Assembly (NCBI GenBank): GCA_035297365.1
Contig: DATGZA010000059.1
Span: forward strand, 1-15,711
Length of the DNA: 15,711 bases
Reading direction: 5' to 3'
Origin: Nitrososphaeraceae archaeon
Lineage (GTDB): Archaea; Thermoproteota; Nitrososphaeria; Nitrososphaerales; Nitrososphaeraceae
Made by a program: the position numbers and the translations under genes. The first letter of the stretch is position 1, and each line of letters starts with the position of its first letter. The notes beneath the pieces are model-generated. The model ran no database searches and had not been told where the DNA came from. It saw only the letters and a list, made by a program, of their open reading frames with translations. This document shows, piece after piece, positions 1 through 6,426 of the stretch.

Positions 1-171
1 AACTTTACAAGTTACCTGTTAAATACGAGCAATCTTATAAACAACGCTCTAGCATCAAACATGAGGGTATACAATACAGCATTAGAACAAACACGCGACA
101 ATCTAAAGGATTTGGTAAGAACAAATACCAGTTACATAAAATCAGTAGGACAATCATTTAATAGAGAGTGA
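1..171 (+). CDS. 3' end of a hypothetical protein entering from outside the window (amphipathic helical, Nitrososphaeraceae-type family)
   Basis: Frame 1 is open from base 1 to TGA at 169-171: NFTSYLLNTSNLINNALASNMRVYNTALEQTRDNLKDLVRTNTSYIKSVGQSFNRE*. Resembles from memory a Nitrososphaera family ending '..ANMEAFKT..QQ.RDN.KE..R...N'. Not in the ORF track because it is partial. Confidence 0.7.
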   Translation, partial: NFTSYLLNTSNLINNALASNMRVYNTALEQTRDNLKDLVRTNTSYIKSVGQSFNRE

Positions 172-196
172 TTTAGAGCAGCAGTAACTAAAAATC

Positions 197-228
197 GACT
201 AGGTTTTAATATCTAATTTAACCTAGTC
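197..228. terminator. Inverted repeat downstream of the partial ORF (possible terminator hairpin or operator)
   Basis: GACTAGGTT (197-205), 14-nt spacer, AACCTAGTC (220-228): perfect 9-bp dyad 25 nt after the stop, followed by T-rich tracts. Confidence 0.35.
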
Positions 229-499
229 TAATAACCTCTTTGGTATTTTTTTAAATTATATTATTATTAATATTTAGAGCCTATCAAAAAAAGTATAAGA
301 AATTGTAATAAAAAAATTTATTTATTAAAATAATGATAATTCTTTGAAGATTGCTTCTTAGTAATTATGTTCATCTTCAATCTGAGAAAATTCCCTTCTA
401 TTTCCTGACGCATGAATAAATATTTCATTATTACAAGTAGAGATAATTCGCAGATATGATAACAATAATAATAGCACTACTCTCAAAAAGAGCGTAGTA

Positions 500-1129
500 T
501 TGTTGGATGTTTTATCAGAAATAGAAGAGATGGCAAAAAAGAATTCCCTTCCGTCAATTGGTCCAATAAAAGGAAAAATCATAGGAAAAGTTATCAAGAG
601 GTATAAACCTAAAACGATTCTTGAGATTGGAACTTTGCATGGATATTCAGCTATTTTGATGGCAAATTTTGTATTAAAAATACATGACGATTATTGTCAT
701 TATGATAGCAATGACACCCATCCTAAAGAAGTTATCGTTACGTGTTTGGAAATAGACAAAAATCTTGCAAAGATTGCAAAAAAGAATATTGAGAGAGCAG
801 GATTATCAGATAGAATAGATGTAATTACTGGTGATGCTATAAAGGTCATTCCAACACTTGATAATAATCGTTATAAATTTGACTTTGTCTTTTTAGATGC
901 AGAAAAAAACCAGTATTTTTTATATCTTAAACTTCTAGAAGAAAATAATTTGCTGAAAAAGAAAGCAATAGTAGTTGCAGATAATGTTCTGATATATGAA
1001 AACGAGATGAAAGATTATTTAGACTATGTTAGAAATTCTGGTAGATATAATAGCTATACAACAGAAACTAGTTTAGAATTTAATAAAAATATTAAAGATG
1101 CCCTTGAAATAAGCATAAAACAAGATTGA
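500..1129 (+). CDS. SAM-dependent O-methyltransferase (Methyltransf_3 / caffeoyl-CoA OMT / TrmR-like family)
   Basis: Motif I ILEIGTLHGYSA, acidic motif II (CLEID), GDA, FDFVFLDAEK.QY and IVVADNV are typical of cation-dependent class I OMTs. TTG start is uncertain (frame is open from 416). Confidence 0.9.
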   Translation: MLDVLSEIEEMAKKNSLPSIGPIKGKIIGKVIKRYKPKTILEIGTLHGYSAILMANFVLKIHDDYCHYDSNDTHPKEVIVTCLEIDKNLAKIAKKNIERAGLSDRIDVITGDAIKVIPTLDNNRYKFDFVFLDAEKNQYFLYLKLLEENNLLKKKAIVVADNVLIYENEMKDYLDYVRNSGRYNSYTTETSLEFNKNIKDALEISIKQD

Positions 1130-1278
1130 GACTTGGTGTTATCTGTTTAAGTCATATAAGTACAGGTCGTATATTTAGCTTTTCAGCAACAAAGCTATTT
1201 CATTTAATTAGATGTTGATTTTGTCAACCAGTTATAACCATTTTAAAATATAAAAATTGTTAAAACGAAGAATGGAAA

Positions 1279-1494
1279 TTACTTAGTTGGTTTGTTCATT
1301 TCTTTAATCTTTTTTTCTAAACCTCTTACCTGAATTCCAGCCCCTATGCTAACAAGAAGTATTCCAAAGAAAAATGCCATCCATACAAGATTAGCATACA
1401 AATCCAGTCCGTAAGGTAGAGTTATAGAAGAAGCATAAGACAAAATTAGAAACAATACTGATATTATTGCAAGTATCCAGTAACGCTTAGCCAT
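1279..1494 (-). CDS. Small membrane protein with two predicted TM helices
   Basis: Two hydrophobic stretches (WILAIISVLFLILSYA; LVWMAFFFGILLVSIGAGI) with a Lys-rich C-terminus; ATG start. Confidence 0.6.
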   Translation of the reverse strand: MAKRYWILAIISVLFLILSYASSITLPYGLDLYANLVWMAFFFGILLVSIGAGIQVRGLEKKIKEMNKPTK

Positions 1495-1623
1495 TTTTAT
1501 AATTCCTGATTGTTATTTCTGATTATATTATATGTATATAATTTTCGTTCAGTTCAGAGCTCGAACTTGTCTACATTGGATTTCAGAATTAGTATCTTAC
1601 CTGTTTCAGGTCTTTTAGTAGTA

Positions 1624-1860
1624 TCAGAAGAATTTTTTTAGGATGGTTACTATACAATAACAACCCAATATTTTGATGATTTTTATGGTCTTGTATCTTT
1701 GAGTTTCAGTTTCTCTCCATTTTTGGAATTCTTGTGCATGATTTTTCAATATGGTTATTTCTTTATTCGAGGGTGCATATTGTTCCACAAAAAAATTACT
1801 GTATACTTCTTTCTTTAAATCATATTCTAATTCAAGCCATTTAATTGCTAAACAGGACAT
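1624..1860 (-). CDS. Hypothetical ORF, possibly a gene relic
   Basis: 78-aa ORF with no recognisable motif, in the decayed patch next to the tRNA 3' end. Confidence 0.25.
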   Translation of the reverse strand: MSCLAIKWLELEYDLKKEVYSNFFVEQYAPSNKEITILKNHAQEFQKWRETETQRYKTIKIIKILGCYCIVTILKKFF

Positions 1861-2059
1861 TTGGGGTAAATAATGATATTTATATTCAGATTTTAAAATC
1901 CAAAAAAAATGTAGTAAGGTAATTAATGGTGCTAATCGATTTTAATGAACTTAACATATGATAGTAGATATTAATAGGTATGAAATGGTAATAAAATATA
2001 GATAAATGAAAATATACTACCATACTGTTTATTAACCGATTTTTTAATTGAATCAGCAA

Positions 2060-2311
2060 ATGGAAGTTCCAAGCTTAAATAAATTTGAAAAACGTGATTT
2101 AGTAATAAAGTTACATAAGGAAGGAAAGACATATAGTGAAATAGCCCACATCGCTCATGTATCGATAAGGGATATATAACCTATAATAAAAAAATATGAA
2201 AAATCAACCTTAAAATCAGGTAAAGATAAAAATAAAAAAAGAACGTTATCACCAGGTAGTCAGGCTTTTAAGTTATTTCAAGAAGGCAAATCTGCTATCG
2301 ATGTAGCCATG
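2060..2311 (+). pseudogene. Pseudogene of a tandem helix-turn-helix protein (Nitrososphaeraceae HTH/coiled-coil family)
   Basis: ATG 2060: MEVPSLNKFEKRDLVIKLHKEGKTYSEIAHIAHVSIRDI*PIIKKYEK...LSPGSQAFKLFQEGKSAIDVAM. In-frame TAA at 2177-2179 lies inside the first HTH. The second HTH (AFKLFQEGKSAIDVA) breaks off at about 2311. Confidence 0.8.
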
Positions 2312-2431
2312 ATGATGACGACATTTTTTCTCTACCTCTTTCCCTTCTTCTCTTTGTTGTTTACAACTGCTGTAGTATACCAAAAACGGGTATATGAATT
2401 CCTATGTAGGATGCGGTCACCGGGATTTGAA

Positions 2432-2454
2432 TTCCCGCCTTACTTTAATAAGGT
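2432..2454 (-). other. tRNA intron 2, non-canonical position 53/54 (T arm)
   Basis: ACCTTATTAAAGTAAGGCGGGAA. Central helix C48CCG51/CGGG, bulge GG|A, 6-bp h' helix CCUUAU/GUAAGG with a 4-nt loop, second bulge AA|U54; outer h helix is weak (relaxed HBh'). Confidence 0.88.
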
Positions 2455-2469
2455 CCCGGGTTGCGGGCT

Positions 2470-2490
2470 TGCTTCGCATGATTTGTTGCA
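2470..2490 (-). other. tRNA intron 1, canonical position 37/38
   Basis: TGCAACAAATCATGCGAAGCA. Strict hBHBh': central helix C32UUC35/GAAG, 3-nt bulges CA|U and CA|A, h' helix GCA/UGC. Confidence 0.92.
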
Positions 2491-2556
2491 TGGAAGGCCA
2501 GTGTCCTAACCAAACTAGACGATGACCGCTTGTCACTATAAAAAAATATTAAAGGA

Positions 2557-2570
2557 TATTAAACCTTACC
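2557..2570 (-). promoter_or_regulatory. Candidate BRE/TATA promoter of the tRNA gene
   Basis: Minus strand reads GGTAAGG-TTTAATA about 28-41 nt upstream of tRNA G1: purine-rich element followed by a TATA-like box. AT-richness limits specificity. Confidence 0.4.
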
Positions 2571-2595
2571 GTCAAAAATATAGTTTCTAGAATAT

Positions 2596-3162
2596 CTACG
2601 GGTAATTCAATTGAAACTCGATTTCACCAGCAGTTGCTTGAAAACTTGAGGTTTGTTTATATGCAAAATTACCATTGATTTGAAATTTAGACTTTTCATC
2701 CAAAATTTTATTCCATACTTCAGCAATTCTATTATCTTTTAATATTGTTTTATCATCCTTCAGAATAACAGTACTATTTCCTATGATTGGATAAATATTT
2801 TCCTGAGAAGCTACAAAACCTTCTGGCTTCTGGCCAATATCTCCAGAAGAAATTCGTATGTTGTCTAGTAAAATATTATAATTTATATTTTCAAGAAGCA
2901 ATGTTCCCATATTTGGATTATAAACGTTGAATGCTGGTTTAATATTGATTTCATTATTATTAATACGCGTAAAAGAAAGATTATTTAAGGAGATTTCTAA
3001 TTGCCTCGCCTCACTAAGAGCTCCTTGATTAAATTCAGGTTTAAAATCCAACTTTGGAATACTTGGGAATTCAAATTGTTGCAAGAAGAATAGAGATATT
3101 CCTATTACGACTATGACTCCAATAACTGAATATATGATTTTCTTATTAATTCTATCAATCAA
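2596..3162 (-). CDS. Membrane-anchored protein with LEA_2/WHy-like beta-sandwich domain
   Basis: N-terminal TM (IIYSVIGVIVVIGISLFFL) and the F.VYNPN...L.LENINYNI...N.RI.SG pattern typical of LEA type 2 domains. Confidence 0.65.
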   Translation of the reverse strand: MIDRINKKIIYSVIGVIVVIGISLFFLQQFEFPSIPKLDFKPEFNQGALSEARQLEISLNNLSFTRINNNEINIKPAFNVYNPNMGTLLLENINYNILLDNIRISSGDIGQKPEGFVASQENIYPIIGNSTVILKDDKTILKDNRIAEVWNKILDEKSKFQINGNFAYKQTSSFQATAGEIEFQLNYP

Positions 3163-3188
3163 TAAAAGAATTGTAAGTATAACATAAT

Positions 3189-3476
3189 TTAATAATTATC
3201 ATTTGCTTTCATTGAATTGAAATTATGTTCGTCTTTCGAGCCCAAAAATTCTTTACGATAATTGAATTTCTGATATAGTATTTCATTCCCTTTTCTTATT
3301 TGTACTATTCTAGTTATTGGTATTAATTGTAAATTTTCTGATATTTCCATAAATCTTGGCAAAGTAACAGAAATAATCGCGTTAAAATCTCGATATAAAA
3401 TTATATATAACTCTGGATTATCTGAATAGATTGCTTTGCTAAAAATTTGTTCAATTTTTCCCTTCATTTTTCCCAT
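3189..3476 (-). CDS. MJ1316/DUF504 family protein (predicted RNA cyclic-end recognition, RNA repair-associated)
   Basis: Small size; Y.I.YRD and IPITRIVQIR..NEILYQK match the family pattern Y.I.Y.D...IP.HRI..I....G..LW. Confidence 0.75.
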   Translation of the reverse strand: MGKMKGKIEQIFSKAIYSDNPELYIILYRDFNAIISVTLPRFMEISENLQLIPITRIVQIRKGNEILYQKFNYRKEFLGSKDEHNFNSMKANDNY

Positions 3477-3564
3477 ACCTATTTTATTAAGTAAAACTAA
3501 ATATTTATTCTGTCCATACTTTTATCAATATAATTTTAAATAACTAAGTTTCTATATAATTAAT

Positions 3565-3981
3565 ATGTTCTCTAAGATAATTCGCCCTTTGCTTATATAT
3601 GATGATAGATGTTTCCAATGTTATAAATTTGCAATTTTAATGCATAAACTCTCCAAAGGTTGGATACAAATAGAAGGACATTATTCTTCCGAAGAATTAA
3701 AATCATTAAAGAGAATTATTTTTCCTATTGATTATGATCCAACAATAATGTTCTGGATAGTAAACACCAAAGGAGCATGGGGGGCTAGGTCTGCGATAAT
3801 TCCGTTATTAATGGAAATAATAAAAGGTATATTCAAATTTGACCATTACACAGATGATAAATATTTCAATTATTCACCTTGTAGTTACGATCAAAATTCA
3901 TCATCATGTTTCGGTACAATAACTACTATGAAGAGAATTATAAGCCTTTTTAAGAAGAGTGGAAAATTTCCGTTTAGTTAA
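3565..3981 (+). CDS. DCC1-like / DUF393 thiol-disulfide oxidoreductase family protein
   Basis: N-terminal LLIYDDRCFQC matches the DxxCxxC signature; later G..A element (WGARSAI). Confidence 0.75.
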   Translation: MFSKIIRPLLIYDDRCFQCYKFAILMHKLSKGWIQIEGHYSSEELKSLKRIIFPIDYDPTIMFWIVNTKGAWGARSAIIPLLMEIIKGIFKFDHYTDDKYFNYSPCSYDQNSSSCFGTITTMKRIISLFKKSGKFPFS

Positions 3982-4005
3982 TTTTTTTATTTTTTTATTT
4001 ATTTA
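3982..4005. terminator. T-tract region between convergent genes (archaeal oligo-T terminator candidate for the + gene)
   Basis: Two T7 runs immediately after the 3981 stop. Confidence 0.35.
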
Positions 4006-4347
4006 TTATACTCTATTATAATCATCTTCTATTCTAACAATGTCATTTTCATCAAAATTTCCATATGAAATTTCTAATATTATACAGTCTTCCAATGCCT
4101 TTATTCTGTGCCTTGCTCCTAGAGGAATATTTATAGTCTCATTTTCTTTTAATTTCATCTCTTTTCCATCTATTTCGATCACTGCACTTCCCTTGATGAT
4201 TTTCCAAAATTCCCTTCTATGTTGATGATATTGTAAACTAAGTCTTGAATCGGCATTCACATAAATCAATTTAACAGTACTGATAATGTTTTCATGAAAT
4301 TTTTCAAATTTACCCCAAGGACGATTTTCTGTATATATATCCATCAT
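4006..4347 (-). CDS. Phosphomannose isomerase type II C-terminal cupin domain protein
   Basis: RPWG, LSLQYHQHRREFW, IPLGARHRI, ILEIS.G...ENDIVRIEDDYNR are hallmark MannoseP_isomer motifs. Confidence 0.9.
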   Translation of the reverse strand: MMDIYTENRPWGKFEKFHENIISTVKLIYVNADSRLSLQYHQHRREFWKIIKGSAVIEIDGKEMKLKENETINIPLGARHRIKALEDCIILEISYGNFDENDIVRIEDDYNRV

Positions 4348-4409
4348 CTCACATAATTTATGATCGTAAATAATTTAATAATTACTGAAAAAAGTTTCAA
4401 TGAGATTTA

Positions 4410-5036
4410 TTGTTATTTTTGTATCAATTGGGAATGTATAAAAAGACTTATTTGAAATATGTAATTAAATCATTGTCAGAAACTCGTTTTACAGATGGGA
4501 ATCTCATTATTTTATATTCAATACATCAAAATCCTTCATCATCGGAATTACCCTCTCATGTGCTGGAAAGAATTAATCTTTGTGAAAGGATGTATCATGT
4601 AATTCTACGCTCTAAACCTGACGCCCATAAAACTATTATCCTAGTTGTTGCAGATTCTCTTTATTCAGGATTACTTAAAAATGAATTAATAAATAGAGGA
4701 ATAGGTGAAAAGATAATAAAGATAGATTCAGAACCTAAGAATGTTTCACAGAGTCTTAATAGTCTTGATGAGTTTCTTAAGAAACGTGTGAATCCACCCT
4801 ATGTTTATTTTATTGGTTCTGTCTGGATGAAAGATGTTTTTGATTCGATTGTTAAATCAAATTTTCAACAATATAGAATACAATTTGATGGTGCATTAGA
4901 TCATAGACAAGTTAAAGAAGTTGAAAAAGAAAAATCATTAGAGAAACCCAAAAAAGGAACGGAATATTTTAAAGATAAAATGAAAAATAAAGCTCTTGAC
5001 ATGTTATTAAACTATATTTTTCCAGAGGACAAATGA
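4410..5036 (+). CDS. Conserved hypothetical protein, possibly a divergent DUF218/YdcF/ElyC-like fold; true start probably TTG 4473
   Basis: ERINLCERMY...IILVV...LINRGIGEKIIKIDSEPKNVSQS...FIGS parallels DUF218 R...A..LY / L...GV....I..E..S.NT / VTS but lacks the conserved GG and H residues. Confidence 0.6.
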   Translation: MLFLYQLGMYKKTYLKYVIKSLSETRFTDGNLIILYSIHQNPSSSELPSHVLERINLCERMYHVILRSKPDAHKTIILVVADSLYSGLLKNELINRGIGEKIIKIDSEPKNVSQSLNSLDEFLKKRVNPPYVYFIGSVWMKDVFDSIVKSNFQQYRIQFDGALDHRQVKEVEKEKSLEKPKKGTEYFKDKMKNKALDMLLNYIFPEDK

Positions 5037-5129
5037 CGTTGATTTTTGTATTGTACAGCACCTTCAATTCTTAAAATACATAACATAAAAAATATTTTAG
5101 TCAGTGAAAATAACTTTTTTACTAATTGA

Positions 5130-5852
5130 TTATCTTTGGATTTGTGATTCTTTTTTGAACAAATTTAACACTTCATCGTTTGTAAAAGCAAAATTCCAAA
5201 CTTGAATATCATCCAACTGACCAGTATAATTTCCCGTTATCTTTCCTTTTTCAGACAGAGAATTTGCTCCCAGTCTTATAGGCTGATTTCCGGTAGAATC
5301 TGGTTTCACACCAATCTTTGTAGAATTACTGGCAACTTCTATTCCATCCATATATAGTTTCAATATATGAGATTTTTCATCAAAAGTAAGAATTGTATTA
5401 TGCCATTGTCCGTCATTATATGAAGATTGAGATGTAACAAGATAATCATCGCCTAGTGAGGTTTCAAATCCTCCTCTCACTTTTTCTCTGTTTGTTAGAA
5501 AAATTCCATAATTGAGATTCGATCCGCTCTTATCACTTCCAGTTCCACCTTTGTTTATCAAGAATGTTTCTTTTTCAGTTGCATTCATATTAGTATTAAA
5601 CCAAGTTGAAACCGTAAAACTATTGAGATTTATAGTCTTACTATTTACAACGTCTGCGTAATTTTGCCCAGAAAATTGGAGTATTTTGGAATTCTTAACA
5701 ACTGGTAATTTATCGTCTTGTGCAAATACATCCATAAATCCAATTGAATTACTATTATTATCGTCTACTTGATTTAGATTTAAAGTTAATAAAGTCAGAA
5801 TGATAATGCTACTGGCAATTACAACACTAAGAATTTTAATATCACCATTCAT
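5130..5852 (-). CDS. Secreted/surface LamG (concanavalin A-like) domain protein
   Basis: Hydrophobic N-terminus ending VFAQ; FTVSTWF, NDGQWHN..LTFD, LKLYMDG, IRLG, G.LDDIQVWN.A are Laminin_G_3 motifs. Confidence 0.88.
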   Translation of the reverse strand: MNGDIKILSVVIASSIIILTLLTLNLNQVDDNNSNSIGFMDVFAQDDKLPVVKNSKILQFSGQNYADVVNSKTINLNSFTVSTWFNTNMNATEKETFLINKGGTGSDKSGSNLNYGIFLTNREKVRGGFETSLGDDYLVTSQSSYNDGQWHNTILTFDEKSHILKLYMDGIEVASNSTKIGVKPDSTGNQPIRLGANSLSEKGKITGNYTGQLDDIQVWNFAFTNDEVLNLFKKESQIQR

Positions 5853-5957
5853 TTCTATTATAAATTCTTATACAATTTAAATATCTTTTCATAATTTCTG
5901 TTTTAAGATATTTGAAAATGCTGAATATCTAAAATTTAAATTTAATTTTAAAATTAT

Positions 5958-6284
5958 TTACCAACTAACTTTTTTCGGAGTAGCTAATTGTTTTTCTAAT
6001 TCATCTAATCTTTGAACAGAATCTGGATTTTTAAGTAGTTCAGAGAATGATTCATCCGTTCTAATTTTCTGCATTACAGCCATCACTTCTTCTTTAGTAA
6101 CACCATGTTTTTTATCGTATTCTATTTGTTTTGCACAATTAGACATTGTACTATATTTTTTAAAATTACGTTTTTCAAATGAAGTTGCATTAGGTGATAA
6201 TCCCCTAACATAGCGAACAATTACCTTTTCAACATGTTCTAAATGCCAATCTTTCATAGCAAAACTATTAGGCTTCACAGACAT
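5958..6284 (-). CDS. Conserved thaumarchaeal hypothetical protein
   Basis: Clean 108-aa ORF with GGAGTG SD-like sequence just upstream; DWHLEHVEK / FEKRNFKKY / IEYD.KHGV recalled as an AOA-conserved hypothetical. Confidence 0.75.
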   Translation of the reverse strand: MSVKPNSFAMKDWHLEHVEKVIVRYVRGLSPNATSFEKRNFKKYSTMSNCAKQIEYDKKHGVTKEEVMAVMQKIRTDESFSELLKNPDSVQRLDELEKQLATPKKVSW

Positions 6285-6426
6285 TCACACTCCTTTTTTG
6301 TTGAATTAGGATATTTAAATTAATATACAAAAAATAGAATTAAACCGTTATAATTATAATAAAATGGTTATTTTTTTGAACATGTTGAATGAATATAACC
6401 AATAAGTTGTTTTATTTTCTATAAAC

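Larger units (their letters stand above)
2412..2529 (-). tRNA. trnG: tRNA-Gly(TCC) with two introns (37/38 and 53/54); CCA not encoded
   Basis: Reverse complement: GCGGTCA TC GTCT AGTTTGGTTA GGAC A CTGGC CT TCC A [21-nt intron] A GCCCG CAAC CCGGG [23-nt intron] TTCAAAT CCCGG TGACCGC A. Perfect 7-bp acceptor stem, D arm, anticodon TCC (plus-strand 2492-2494), T arm restored after removing both introns; mature length 74 nt. Confidence 0.95.

Noticed and set aside
358-597. 79-aa minus-strand ORF
   Set aside because: Overlaps the O-methyltransferase antisense; no motif.
1176-1197. TAGCTTT/AAAGCTA dyad sharing AACAAAGCT with the IS6 IR candidate
   Set aside because: A 9-nt match is expected by chance; no transposase trace adjacent. 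At most a terminator between convergent genes.
1551-1567. Near-palindrome AGTTCAGAGCTCGAACT
   Set aside because: Single imperfect occurrence with no supporting context.
1624-1860. IS1-like zinc-ribbon relic (ILKN...QRYK)
   Set aside because: The required CxxC pairs are not recoverable in the frames I checked; similarity too weak.
2309-2509. 66-aa plus-strand ORF
   Set aside because: Antisense to the tRNA-Gly gene; it is just the run-on frame of the truncated HTH pseudogene.
4040-4225. 61-aa plus-strand ORF
   Set aside because: Antisense shadow within the cupin gene.
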